NCBI GenBank assembly: GCA_963745035.1
Contig: CAVUVW010000013.1
Span: 1,312,001 to 1,376,000, forward strand
Direction: 5' to 3'
DNA: 64,000 nucleotides
Source of the DNA: an uncultured delta proteobacterium
Lineage (GTDB): Bacteria; Desulfobacterota; Binatia; UBA9968
Part shown: in pieces, positions 1 to 9,781 of the stretch
Numbering within the stretch: the first letter of the stretch is position 1
Layout of the letters: the number at the start of each line of letters is the position of its first letter
The notes under the pieces: generated by a model
Databases searched by the model: none
What the model was told of the DNA's origin: nothing
The model's input: only the letters and a program-made list of their open reading frames with translations
Program-made: the position numbers and the translations under genes

Positions 1-59
1 CCATCGCCGAGGATGCCCAGACCACCGCACTCGGATTTAACAATGCGGGGCTAGGATGA
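1..59 (+). CDS. 3' end of an upstream gene (partial, ...IAEDAQTTALGFNNAGLG*)
   Basis: Open frame from base 3 ending at TGA 57-59; too short to identify. Confidence 0.35.
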   Translation, partial: IAEDAQTTALGFNNAGLG

Positions 60-62
60 CGC

Positions 63-91
63 TGTCGATTCGCGCAAGCGCAAACGACTAA
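63..91 (+). promoter_or_regulatory. ECF42-type sigma factor promoter (TGTCGA-N16-CGAC)
   Basis: TGTCGATTC...AAACGACTAA lies upstream of a DGPF gene; a second copy with the same ends and spacing is at 1469-1497; fits the reported ECF42 consensus. Confidence 0.75.
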
Positions 92-158
92 GAGATGTAC
101 GACGCGATTTTTGAGAATAGAGATTTTCAACTTAGCGAGGAACAAAAGGAGAACTGCC

Positions 159-1037
159 ATGCGCTTCATGATCTTGATCAAAGCCACCAAAGATTCCGAA
201 GCCGGCGTGATGCCGAGCGAAAGGCTGCTCACCGAGATGGGCAATTTCAACGAAGAGCTGGTAAAGGCCGGCGTGATGCTCGCCGGCGAAGGGCTGCACC
301 CGACATCCAAAGGAGCGCGGGTCAGATTTGCCGGCGGCCAGCGCAACGTCATCGATGGACCTTTCGCCGAGACCAAAGAACTGATCGCCGGCTATTGGGT
401 GTGGCAGTGTAAGTCGTTGCAAGAAGCCATCGACTGGGTCAAACGCTGTCCGAATCCATACAACGAGGACGGCGAAGTCGAGATTCGCCAAATCTTCGAG
501 GCGGAAGATTTCGGCGCGGAGTTTACGCCGGAGCTGCGTAAACAAGAGGCGAGCATTCGCGCTCAGTCGCTCGGGCTCACTGAACCGCGCTTCGAGCAGG
601 GGAAGGAAATGCTCCTTGGCGGTTTGAGCGAGAGCTACACAACCGAAACCCGCGCCAAGATTCCCGCGCAGTGGGAACGGTTCGCGCCGAGCATCGGCAA
701 AGTACCCGGACAGATCGGCCACGTTTGCTACGGCGTCTGTTGGAACGCATCGCCGGGGCGCGGATTCGACTATCTTTCGGGCGTCGAAGTGGCGAACGCC
801 ACGGGGCTTCCATCCGAGTTCAAGTCCGTGCGCCTTCCGGCCCGCGAATATGCGGTCTTCACGCATCGTGACCACGTCTCCACCATCAACCGCACCATCG
901 ACAAAATATGGAACGAATGGGTGCCTCAAGCGGGGCTCAAGGTGGCGAGCGCCCCGTGCTTCGAGCGCTACGGCGAAGAATTTGATCCGCAAACCGGCGT
1001 GGGCGGCATGGAGATCTGGATTCCGCTCGAATCGTGA
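159..1037 (+). CDS. YciI/DGPF domain fused to a GyrI-like small-molecule-binding domain
   Basis: RBS AGGAG before ATG159; DGPFAETKELIAGY motif; C-terminal half with YAVFTH...IWNEW...FERY...EIWIPL is GyrI-like. Confidence 0.85.
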   Translation: MRFMILIKATKDSEAGVMPSERLLTEMGNFNEELVKAGVMLAGEGLHPTSKGARVRFAGGQRNVIDGPFAETKELIAGYWVWQCKSLQEAIDWVKRCPNPYNEDGEVEIRQIFEAEDFGAEFTPELRKQEASIRAQSLGLTEPRFEQGKEMLLGGLSESYTTETRAKIPAQWERFAPSIGKVPGQIGHVCYGVCWNASPGRGFDYLSGVEVANATGLPSEFKSVRLPAREYAVFTHRDHVSTINRTIDKIWNEWVPQAGLKVASAPCFERYGEEFDPQTGVGGMEIWIPLES

Positions 1038-1082
1038 GCCGGCGATTCTAATAAAGCCACTTCTGCCGAGAGGAGAATCACC

Positions 1083-1484
1083 ATGCAATACATGCTGATG
1101 TGCTGCTTTGACGAAAGCGCCTGGAATAACCTGCCGGAAGTCCGGCGGGAGGAGATCATGCGGGATTATGGCACGTGGATACAGCAACTCGTCGATACCG
1201 GCCGTTTCCGCGGTGGGGCAAAGCTTGAGCTAACACGGTCGGCGAAGACGCTGCGCATGAAAGACGGCAAAGCAATGTTCACCGACGGGCCGTTCGCCGA
1301 GACCAAAGAACAATTCGGCGGCTATCATCTAGTCGAGTGCCAGGATCTCGAAGAAGCGCTGGCGATTGCCGCGCGCATTCCGACCTTGCCGGCAGGAGGC
1401 GCAGTCGAAGTGCGTTGTGTCACTCATTCCGACACCGAGTTATCTGCCTACAATTTTTTGCCCGAGGATGTCGATTCCCGGTGA
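1083..1484 (+). CDS. YciI/DGPF family protein
   Basis: TDGPFAETKEQFGGY...VEVR motif; RBS GAGGAG. Confidence 0.9.
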   Translation: MQYMLMCCFDESAWNNLPEVRREEIMRDYGTWIQQLVDTGRFRGGAKLELTRSAKTLRMKDGKAMFTDGPFAETKEQFGGYHLVECQDLEEALAIAARIPTLPAGGAVEVRCVTHSDTELSAYNFLPEDVDSR

Positions 1485-1497
1485 GTGAAACGACTAA
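1469..1497 (+). promoter_or_regulatory. Second ECF42-type promoter (TGTCGA-N16-CGAC)
   Basis: TGTCGATTCCCGGTGAGTGAAACGACTAA, same spacing as 63-91, 45 bp before ATG1543. Confidence 0.75.
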
Positions 1498-1542
1498 TTC
1501 GCAAGAACGAGCAACTTTAACCGACAAAAAGGAGATGCCACG

Positions 1543-1959
1543 ATGCCTGTAGAAGCATATTTAATGTTCAACGGCCGCTGCGAGGAGGCGATCGATTTTT
1601 ACAAGAAGTCCCTGGGCGCGGAGGTGCTCATGCTGATGCGTTTCAAGGACAGCCCGGAACCGCCGCCGCCCGGCATGGTGCCGGCGAATTGGGACGACAA
1701 AGTGATGCACAGCTGCTTGCGCATCGGCGACGGCAATGTGATGGCCTCCGACGGTTTCAGCGAGGCGGGAAGTTTTCAGGGATTTTCATTATCGCTGCCG
1801 GCCGCCGACGAAGCAGACGCGCGCAAGAAGTTCGCCGCCCTGGCCGAAGGAGGCCAGGTGCAAATGCCGCTCGACAAAACCTTCTGGTCGCCCTGCTTCG
1901 GCATGGTCACCGATCGCTTCGGCGTCGGCTGGATGGTCGGCGTCGAGGAATCCAACTAG
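1543..1959 (+). CDS. PhnB-like VOC family protein
   Basis: YLMFNGRCEEAIDFY...VMHS...TFWSPCFGMVTDRFGVGW. Confidence 0.9.
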   Translation: MPVEAYLMFNGRCEEAIDFYKKSLGAEVLMLMRFKDSPEPPPPGMVPANWDDKVMHSCLRIGDGNVMASDGFSEAGSFQGFSLSLPAADEADARKKFAALAEGGQVQMPLDKTFWSPCFGMVTDRFGVGWMVGVEESN

Positions 1960-1970
1960 GAGGACGACAC

Positions 1971-2444
1971 ATGCAAAAGATCACGCCGTTCTTGTGGTAC
2001 GACAACAACGCGGAAGAAGCAGTAAACCAGTACATTTCGATTTTTAGAAACTCGAAGATTACCAACATCGCGCGCTACGGCGAAGCCGGGCCTGGGCCGA
2101 AGGGATCGGTGATGACCATCGAGTTCCAGCTCGAGGGCAAGGACTTCATCGCTTTGAACGGCGGGCCGATGTTCAAATTCACCGAAGCCATATCGTTGTC
2201 TGTCGACTGCAAGACGCAACAGGAAGTCGATGAGCTCTGGGAGAAACTATCCGCCGGCGGCCAACCGGGACAGTGCGGCTGGCTCAAAGACAAGTACGGC
2301 TTGTCATGGCAAATCGTTCCGTCGATTTTGATCGAGATGCTGCAAGACAAAGACGCCGAAAAGTCGAAGAGAGTCATGCAGGCGATGCTACAAATGAGCA
2401 AGATCGACATCGCAGCTCTTAAGCGAGCCTACGAGCAACGGTAG
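1971..2444 (+). CDS. VOC family protein (3-demethylubiquinone-9 methyltransferase-like/PhnB)
   Basis: MQKITPFLWY...ALNGGP...CGWLKDKYGLSWQIVP; RBS GGAGG before ATG1971. Confidence 0.9.
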   Translation: MQKITPFLWYDNNAEEAVNQYISIFRNSKITNIARYGEAGPGPKGSVMTIEFQLEGKDFIALNGGPMFKFTEAISLSVDCKTQQEVDELWEKLSAGGQPGQCGWLKDKYGLSWQIVPSILIEMLQDKDAEKSKRVMQAMLQMSKIDIAALKRAYEQR

Positions 2445-2482
2445 AATAAGGGTTACGCAAAAGATTCAGAAAGGAGATCGAG

Positions 2483-3667
2483 ATGAGCGGAGTTCGAGTA
2501 TTGGTCGGCACACGCAAGGGAGCATTTATCCTCACGTCGGATGGCAAGCGTGAAAAATGGCAGGTCAGCGAACCGCAGTTCGCGGGATGGGAGCTCTACC
2601 ATCTCAAGGGATCACCGGCCGATCCAAATCGCATCTATGCCTCGCAGACCAGCGGCTGGTTCGGCCAGATCATTCAGCGCTCGGACGACGGCGGCAAAAC
2701 CTGGCACCAACCGGGGACGCCTCCGGGAGAACCGACCACGACGCCGGACGGTATGCCCAAGGGCGAAAGCAACAAGTTTGTCTACGACGATTCTGCGGAG
2801 TCAGGCAAGCCGCTCACCACGCATCAGTGGTACGACGGTTCGCTGAAACCGTGGGAGTTCAAACGGGTGTGGCACCTCGAACCTTCACAGACCGATCCCG
2901 ATCTGGTTTATGCGGGCGTCGAAGATGCCGCCCTGTTCCGGTCCACCGACGGCGGGAAGAATTGGAAGGAGCTCGCCGGATTGCGCGGCCACGGCACCGG
3001 GCCCGACTGGCAGCCCGGCGCCGGGGGAATGTGCCTGCATACGATTATTGTCGACCCGAAAAATTCTAAGCGGATATTCACCGCGATCTCTGCGGCGGGC
3101 GCCTTTCGCACCGACGATGGGGGCGAAACCTGGCGGCCGATCAACCGCGGCCTGCATTCGCTTTACATTCCCAATCCGACCGCAGAGGTCGGCCACTGCG
3201 TGCACCGCATCGCCATGCATCCCTCACGGCCCAACGTGCTGTTCATGCAGAAGCATTGGGACGTCTTGCGCAGCGACGACGCCGGCGACTCATGGCGCGA
3301 GATCAGCGGCAATCTGCCGACCGACTTTGGCTTCGTCATCGACGTGCACGCCCATGAGCCGGAAACCATCTACGTCGTGCCGATCAAGAGCGACTCCGAG
3401 CATTTTCCGCCCGACGGCAAGCTGCGCGTCTATCGCAGCCGCGGCGGCGACGACTGGGAGCCGCTGACCAAGGGCCTGCCGCAAAGCGACTGTTACGTCA
3501 ACGTGCTGCGCGACGCGATGGCTGTCGATTCGTTGGACAAATGCGGCGTGTATTTCGGTACCACCGGCGGGCAGGTGTACGCATCCGCCGATGCCGGCGA
3601 CAGTTGGGCGCCGATTGTCCGGGACCTTCCGGCGGTGGTATCCGTGGAAGTGCAGACGCTGCCATGA
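2483..3667 (+). CDS. BNR/Asp-box beta-propeller protein (exo-alpha-sialidase-like fold)
   Basis: VGTRKG start; repeated S-x-D-x-G-x-[TS]-W Asp boxes; no signal peptide. Confidence 0.85.
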   Translation: MSGVRVLVGTRKGAFILTSDGKREKWQVSEPQFAGWELYHLKGSPADPNRIYASQTSGWFGQIIQRSDDGGKTWHQPGTPPGEPTTTPDGMPKGESNKFVYDDSAESGKPLTTHQWYDGSLKPWEFKRVWHLEPSQTDPDLVYAGVEDAALFRSTDGGKNWKELAGLRGHGTGPDWQPGAGGMCLHTIIVDPKNSKRIFTAISAAGAFRTDDGGETWRPINRGLHSLYIPNPTAEVGHCVHRIAMHPSRPNVLFMQKHWDVLRSDDAGDSWREISGNLPTDFGFVIDVHAHEPETIYVVPIKSDSEHFPPDGKLRVYRSRGGDDWEPLTKGLPQSDCYVNVLRDAMAVDSLDKCGVYFGTTGGQVYASADAGDSWAPIVRDLPAVVSVEVQTLP

Positions 3668-3960
3668 TTCGCGTGACTCTTCCACCGCACTTGCGCAAAC
3701 TGGCGCAAGTAGAGGGCGAGCTCAGGCTCGAAGTCCAGGGCGCGGTCACCCAGCGCTCGGTTCTCGATGCCCTCGAGCTTCGCTATCCGATGCTGCGCGG
3801 CACGATTCGCGATCACGTCACTCACAAGCGACGTGCCTTCGTGCGCTACTTTGCATGCGCCCAGGATCTGTCCCATGAAGCGCCGGACACGCCCCTGCCT
3901 GAGGCGGTGGCGACGGGAGCCGAACCGTTCATGATCATCGGCGCCATCGCCGGCGGATGA
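3664..3960 (+). CDS. MoaD/ThiS family ubiquitin-like protein
   Basis: 98 aa ending AIAGG; ATGA overlap with the propeller gene. Confidence 0.85.
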   Translation: MIRVTLPPHLRKLAQVEGELRLEVQGAVTQRSVLDALELRYPMLRGTIRDHVTHKRRAFVRYFACAQDLSHEAPDTPLPEAVATGAEPFMIIGAIAGG

Positions 3961-4000
3961 TTTCGACTGATTAAAAATTCAACTCAGCAACGGAGGAAAC

Positions 4001-4363
4001 ATGCGTTATGTAGATGGATTTGTTTTGCCTGTCCCGAAAAAGAAACTGGCGGATTACCGCCGGATGGCCCAAACCGCCGGGAAAGTCTGGCGCGACCACG
4101 GGGCGCTCGAATACGTCGAGTGCGTCGCCGACGACGTGAAGCCGGGCAAACGCACTTCGTTTCCCCAGAGCGTCAAGCTCAAACCCGGCGAGACCGTCAT
4201 CTTCGCCTACATCGTTTACAAGTCGCGTGCCCAGCGCGATCGGATCAACGCCAAAGTGATGAAAGATCCGCGCCTGGCCAAGATGATGGATCCGAAGGCC
4301 ATGCCTTTCGACGCCAAACGCATGTTTTGGGGCGGATTCAAGTCATTGATCGAGCTCTGCTGA
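4001..4363 (+). CDS. DUF1428 (YbaA-like) protein
   Basis: YVDGFVLPVP...GALEYVEC...MPFDAKRMFWGGF. Confidence 0.9.
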   Translation: MRYVDGFVLPVPKKKLADYRRMAQTAGKVWRDHGALEYVECVADDVKPGKRTSFPQSVKLKPGETVIFAYIVYKSRAQRDRINAKVMKDPRLAKMMDPKAMPFDAKRMFWGGFKSLIELC

Positions 4364-4433
4364 CATCAACAGAGTAATTTCCGACAACCCAAAAAACGAT
4401 GATGGCGCGCCGCGCCAAAGCAAGGAGACCCCA

Positions 4434-4841
4434 ATGGCGACCAAAATTTTCGTCAATTTGCCTGTGAAGAACCTCAACAAATCGATCGAGTTTTTTAGCC
4501 AACTTGGCTTTCGTTTCAATCAGCAGTTCACCGATGAGACCGCCACCTGCATGATCGTGACCGACGACATCTTCGCGATGCTCCTCACGGAGGAAAAATT
4601 CAAGACTTTCACTCCGAAGGAAATCTGCGACGCCAAGAAATACAGCGAAGTGCTTGTGGCCTTATCGTACGACAGCCGTTCCGACGTCGATGATATGGTT
4701 CGCAAGGCCATCGCCGCGGGCGGCAGCACTTACAACGAACCGCAGGATCACGGCTTCATGTACGCCCACGGGTTTCAGGATTTGGACGGCCACATCTGGG
4801 AAATCTTTTACATGGACCCGAGTTTTGTAAAGCCTTATTGA
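4434..4841 (+). CDS. VOC/glyoxalase family protein
   Basis: IFVNLPVKNL...DHGFMY...QDLDGHIWE. Confidence 0.9.
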   Translation: MATKIFVNLPVKNLNKSIEFFSQLGFRFNQQFTDETATCMIVTDDIFAMLLTEEKFKTFTPKEICDAKKYSEVLVALSYDSRSDVDDMVRKAIAAGGSTYNEPQDHGFMYAHGFQDLDGHIWEIFYMDPSFVKPY

Positions 4842-4952
4842 CGGGAGTATGTTTCGCCAGGCTCGACCACAGAAAGTCTGCCTAATTATGCTCAGGCTTT
4901 GGCGAAGTAATGCAGGCAGTCTCTTGGAAAGCTCTCGGAGGAAGGAGCCCAC

Positions 4953-5300
4953 GTGAAATACAAAGGAAGCTGTCACTGCGGCAAGATCGGCTTTGAAGTG
5001 GAGGGCGACCTCAAAGGCGCCATGGCTTGCAATTGTTCCATGTGTTCGCGCAAAGGCTCGCTGCTATTTTTCGTGCCGCGCGATGAGCTGCGTTTGCTCA
5101 CGTCCGAAGCCGATATCGGCACCTACACTTTCAACAAGCACGTCATCAAACATCGGTTTTGCCGGAACTGCGGAATTCATCCGTACGGCGAAGGCGTTGA
5201 CCCGAAGGGCAATCAGATCGCCGCGATCAATATTCGCTGCCTCGAAGGGATCGATCTGGAAAGTGTGCCGGTGCAGCACTTCGACGGCAAATCGCTGTAG
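4953..5300 (+). CDS. GFA (CENP-V) family zinc protein
   Basis: GSCHCG...CNCSMC...FCRNCG zinc motifs. Confidence 0.9.
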   Translation: MKYKGSCHCGKIGFEVEGDLKGAMACNCSMCSRKGSLLFFVPRDELRLLTSEADIGTYTFNKHVIKHRFCRNCGIHPYGEGVDPKGNQIAAINIRCLEGIDLESVPVQHFDGKSL

Positions 5301-5339
5301 CTTCTATTTTCTCCCACGGTTCAACTTGGTAATGACTTC

Positions 5340-5744
5340 ATGGATGTGCTGATCAATCTTGACGGACGATCTGGAGAAGGCTGTTCGGTTCTACGCGGAC
5401 GCCTTCGGTCTGAGACCTGCTCGCCGCTCGGGCGCCTTCGTAGAGAGGTTGGGAAATTCGGTTCCCATCTGTCCGCTCGCGAAGGCCGCCGCCCACGCCC
5501 GCGGCAGACACAACTTCGCAGCCCCGAAACTACGAGCGCCATCGGACGCCGGTTCATCTGGACTTTGTCGTTTAGGAAATCGCCCCGGCGGTAGAAAAAA
5601 GCGATCGCTGCCGGAGCGCGGCTGGAAAAGCCCATTACCACTCACGTCTGGGGCAAGCTCGCGGTACTCTCCGGTCCGTTCGGCCATGGTTTTTGCTTCG
5701 TCCAATTTCTCGGCCGCGGCTACGACGAAATCAGCGTGCAGTGA
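5340..5744 (+). pseudogene. Degraded VOC/glyoxalase gene
   Basis: Fragments in different frames: MDVLINLD / DDLEKAVRFY / RHRTPVHLDFVV / PFGHGFCFVQFLGRGYDEI; several frameshifts. Confidence 0.7.
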
Positions 5745-5782
5745 TCGTAGATTCGCCGATAGCGTAATTCGAGGAGGTATTG

Positions 5783-6322
5783 ATGCTGCTCAAAATTCTC
5801 GCCGTGGTTGCCTTGGTCATCGTCATCCTTGTGATCGTCATTGCTTTGCAGCCTGGCGAGTTCCGCATTGCGCGCAGCACGAAAATTTCAGCTCCGCCGC
5901 CGGTCGTATTCGTGCAGGTGAATGATTTTCGTAAGTGGCAGGCGTGGAATCCATGGGGAAAGATCGATCCGGCGATGAAGGTAAGTTATGCAGGCGCGCC
6001 GGCCGGCGTCGGCGCCGCTTACAGCTGGTCGGGCAACAATGAGGTCGGCGAAGGGCGCATGACGATCATCGAGAGCCGGCCGTACGAACTGATTCGAGTC
6101 AAACTGGAATTTCTCAAGCCCTTCGCAGCCACCAACACGGCTGAGTTCACCTTCAAGCCCGAGGCCAATGAAACCATGACCACGTGGAGCATGTTCGGCG
6201 AGAAGAACTTCATGGCCAAGGCGATTCATCTTTTTATCAGCATGGAAAAGATGATCGGCGGGCAGTTCGAAAAGGGGCTGGCCGATATGAAAGTGGCGGC
6301 GGAAACGGCGGCAAAGCAGTGA
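5783..6322 (+). CDS. SRPBCC/polyketide cyclase family membrane-anchored protein
   Basis: N-terminal TM; W..WNPW..IDP, GGQFEKGLADMK. Confidence 0.85.
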   Translation: MLLKILAVVALVIVILVIVIALQPGEFRIARSTKISAPPPVVFVQVNDFRKWQAWNPWGKIDPAMKVSYAGAPAGVGAAYSWSGNNEVGEGRMTIIESRPYELIRVKLEFLKPFAATNTAEFTFKPEANETMTTWSMFGEKNFMAKAIHLFISMEKMIGGQFEKGLADMKVAAETAAKQ

Positions 6323-6424
6323 GCAGGTGTCGCTTGCCGAGCGGTACCCGTTGCATGGAGCCGGACGCGGAACTATCTTTCTAGCAGATCGATGAGGCGG
6401 CGCGAGGCTGCGGAGGTTGTCGAT

Positions 6425-6796
6425 ATGAATATCGCTTTGTGGATCGCTCAGATATTGCTGGCGCTGATTTTTATTTTCGCCGGCGTCATCAAATTTGTGA
6501 CGCCGATGGATGAAATGTTGAAGCAGATGCCGATCGCGCTGCCGCCGGCTTTCCTGATTTTCACGGGAATTGTCGAAGTGCTGGGCGGCCTCGGTGTGAT
6601 TCTCCCCTGGCTGCTCAACATCCGCCCGGGCCTCACGCCGCTCGCCGCCGTTGGACTGGTGATTGTCATGATCGGCGCGGTCGTCTACACGATCGCTGCC
6701 GGCGATCCGGCTCCCGCTCTGATACCTGCCGCCGTTGGATTGCTAGCCGCTTTCGTCGCCTGGGGCCGATGGCGCTCGAAACCAGCCGGGAAATGA
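6425..6796 (+). CDS. DoxX family membrane protein
   Basis: LWIAQILLA...GIVEVLGGLGVILP...LAAVGL. Confidence 0.85.
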   Translation: MNIALWIAQILLALIFIFAGVIKFVTPMDEMLKQMPIALPPAFLIFTGIVEVLGGLGVILPWLLNIRPGLTPLAAVGLVIVMIGAVVYTIAAGDPAPALIPAAVGLLAAFVAWGRWRSKPAGK

Positions 6797-6830
6797 ATCG
6801 CAACTCCTAATAACTAAGAAAGAGACTTTT

Positions 6831-7319
6831 ATGGCAACAAAATCCGATTTCACAACCGAAGAGTGGAAGACAATCGTCGCGGCGCCGCCGATGATCGGGC
6901 TCGCCGTAGCTTGCGCAAGCCTCAACGGGCCATGGGGCGTCATGAAGGAAATGCTCTCGATGGGCATGGCGATGGCCGAGATGCTGCAGAAAGGCGCGTC
7001 GAACCCGCTGATCGCCGACTTAGCCGCCGATCTCAAAAACCGGCAAACCAAGCCTGAGAGTCCGCCGAATTTGCAGGATCCTGAAATCTGCACGGACATC
7101 GCTCTTAAACATATCAGAGCGGTCAACGAGCTGCTCGACCGTAAAGCCAAAGGTAACGATGCGGATGATTTTAAGAAGTGGCTGCTTGAGGTTGGAAAAC
7201 GGGTCGCCGAATCAGCCAACGAAGGCGGCATATTCGGTTTCGGCGGTGAGCGCGTCTCCGAATCAGAGAAAAATGCATTGCGACAAATCGCCTTCGCCTT
7301 GGGTCAGCCGGTGAGCTGA
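6831..7319 (+). CDS. Hypothetical protein (alpha-helical; FTTEEW...EGGIFGFGGERVS)
   Basis: 162-aa ORF, last gene of the + strand cluster. Confidence 0.7.
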   Translation: MATKSDFTTEEWKTIVAAPPMIGLAVACASLNGPWGVMKEMLSMGMAMAEMLQKGASNPLIADLAADLKNRQTKPESPPNLQDPEICTDIALKHIRAVNELLDRKAKGNDADDFKKWLLEVGKRVAESANEGGIFGFGGERVSESEKNALRQIAFALGQPVS

Positions 7320-7378
7320 ATTTAGCGTCGGATTTTATCGGCTGCAGTCACCATCGATTGGCGTTACCCGCCAAGAAA

Positions 7379-8404
7379 TCATCTGCCGCCGACTTCTCCC
7401 GGAAATAATTTAGCAGCGTACTCCCGATTCACCGCTTCGATGAGCGAGTTGTCGTAGAATCTCTTCGGATCGGCGCTCTTGGCTTTCGGGTCGGCAGATT
7501 CGTCGAGCACCACACGAATCGCGGCCGGATTGACCAACATGTCTCTGTTCCAAACTCGCATCCCCTGCTGGTAATTTTCCGTGAGCACGTTGGCCTCCCG
7601 GATCTTGGTGTACTTCATCTCGGTCTTCCTGGCGAACTCCTCATCTTCCAGAGTCCTTTTCAAGCCGTCTAGATAAGCCATCAAATACGTTTTGATCGTG
7701 TTCGGGTGCTTCTGCGCGAACTCCCGCATAACGGCTGTACCCGGCCCGGTGATTCTCAAGCCTTCCTTGTAGAAATCGATGATCACCGGATAGTTTCGTT
7801 GCTTCGCGATCTCGGTCTGGGGCGGTGTAATGACGAGCCCATCGGAATGCCCCGCAAGAAAGGTTTGCAACGCTTCAGGCGGACTCCTGTGAAACAGCAA
7901 CTTCAAATCCTTGCCGACCTCCATCCGCTGTTTTCTGGCCGTCATGCGCATCGCGATTTCGCCGAACGCGCCGGGAAACGTCGTCGCAACGGTTTTGCCG
8001 CGCAGGCTCTCGAAGGTGGTGAAATCTTTTTGCCCGAACAACATCAGCGAACTGCGATCCACCGGCGCGGCGACGTAGATAAGGTCCGCGCCCTGCAGAT
8101 TGGCGGCGATGGCCGCAGTGCCTCCCTGGTAAATGTCGATGGTTCCCGAGATCACACCCTGCACCGCGACAGTCGCGCCGACGACGGCCACCGAAACGTT
8201 GAGACCACGCTTCGTGAAGTAACCTCCGTCCAAAGCGACGAGTAACGGCAAACTGGTCGTCCCGGAGCCCGCGATGGCCACATCGAGCCGCGTCTTCTCC
8301 GGCTTACCGACGGTGCTTTGCGCGCCCGCGTACGGTGACAATGCTAGCAACAATCCAAGAATCGAAAGCAGGCGCCGCCACATTGCGGTCAGGTGATTGC
8401 ACAT
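7379..8404 (-). CDS. ABC transporter substrate-binding protein (SsuA/NMT1-like)
   Basis: Signal peptide; GYFTKRGLNV, LRGKTVA, C-terminal FYDNSLIE. Confidence 0.85.
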   Translation of the reverse strand: MCNHLTAMWRRLLSILGLLLALSPYAGAQSTVGKPEKTRLDVAIAGSGTTSLPLLVALDGGYFTKRGLNVSVAVVGATVAVQGVISGTIDIYQGGTAAIAANLQGADLIYVAAPVDRSSLMLFGQKDFTTFESLRGKTVATTFPGAFGEIAMRMTARKQRMEVGKDLKLLFHRSPPEALQTFLAGHSDGLVITPPQTEIAKQRNYPVIIDFYKEGLRITGPGTAVMREFAQKHPNTIKTYLMAYLDGLKRTLEDEEFARKTEMKYTKIREANVLTENYQQGMRVWNRDMLVNPAAIRVVLDESADPKAKSADPKRFYDNSLIEAVNREYAAKLFPGEVGGR

Positions 8405-8576
8405 CGTCGTGACCTCCCAAGACAAACTAAGTGGATGTGTCTGGAGAACGTAAACGATGCGCAGCGACGCTGTCAACTTGAAGGAGCGAACACCGAGCTG
8501 TGCAATGAACCCGGATTCCCCTGCGCTCCGACTAATCTGCTTTGGGGACCGAAGAATTGGGAGAAAAACCTTGAGT

Positions 8577-9765
8577 TCAAGCGAGCATCTGCAGCGCCGT
8601 GGCGGCGTAGATCTTCGCCGCGTCGCGCACTTCCTGCAAAGCGACGACTTCTTGATCGGTGTGCGCGAAGCGCAGGTCGCCGGGACCGAGCATGATGGTC
8701 TCGATGCCTTGCTGATTGAGAAAGCCGGCATCCAGCGCCGCGGGAGAATAGAACAACTCCGCTTCCCTCTTGGTCAACTCGCGGCTCGCGCTCGCGGCTG
8801 CCGCTGCGACCGCGCAATCTTTCTCTACCTCCGAGGGGAACATGAAAGCGCCGCGCCTAACTTCGATCGACCAGCCGGCGACTTCGTTGAGTGTGTTTTG
8901 AATAGCCAAAAACGCCGCATCCGGATCCTCGCCCGGCAAGAGTCTGCGATCGAGGGTCACTCGGCAGACGTCGGGGATTGTGTGACTGATCTCCGGCTCG
9001 CTTCTCAGCTGCGTCACTGCCAAGGTGGCAGCACCCAGCGAAGCGTGCGTCCCCAACGGGAGGCGGTCCAATCGTTCCATCACCCGCCGAAATCCATCCA
9101 CTGCGTTGACGCCCCTTTCCGGCATGCTGCTATGCGCCGATTTTCCGCGCACGATGATTTCGATGTCGATCCGGCCCTTGTTGCCGAGACAGATGCGATT
9201 GCCCGTGCCCAGACCGACGATGGCGGCATGCGCGTCAATGCCGTCGTTTTCCAGGATAACTTTCGCGGCATCGTGCCGGCCGGTCTCGCCGGCCAAACTG
9301 ACCGCCAGCATCAGCGGCGCAGCGCAACTCAATCTGCGCCCGCCTGACCATTGCAGCCGCGTAAAGCATCGCGGCGAGCGCGCCCTTCTGCTCGCATGCG
9401 CCGCGGCCCACGACGCATCGCGAAGCTATGCCGAACGGCGCGCCGTCGACGATGGCGCCGGAGAACGGTTCTGCCATTGAAGCGGCGGGAAACGTCATGG
9501 CATAGCCCATCAGCAAAAGCCCGCCGCTGGCGGAGTCGCCAGAGCGCCAGACCAGATTGCCCATGGCGTCGAGCGTGCCGGCGCTGCCGGTTAACTCCGT
9601 TATCCGCGGCGCGATGGCGTCAGCAATAAATTTCTTGAGCGCAGGATCCGCTTCGAGGCGCTCGGTCTGAGGCGACGGATAACGCAGCAGATCGACGAGC
9701 AGCCGATCGATTTCATCGTTACGCGCGCACCGTTCGACGATCGCGAGAGCTTCTGCGGGATTCAT
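8577..9765 (-). CDS. M20/ArgE-DapE family metallopeptidase-like protein (frameshift near 9330)
   Basis: GRGACEQKG, GKSAHSSMPERGVNA, dimerisation domain and AHTDQE, split over ORFs 9235-9894 and 8577-9332. Confidence 0.8.
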
Positions 9766-9781
9766 ACGCCGCGGCGGCAGA

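Noticed and set aside
132-1187. Long antisense and alternative-frame ORFs here and throughout (e.g. 33320-34234, 57908-58798)
   Set aside because: Shadows of real genes in high-GC DNA; no family motifs
3523-3548. Third ECF42 promoter (TGTCGATT inside the propeller gene)
   Set aside because: No CGAC/CGTC box at 16-bp spacing
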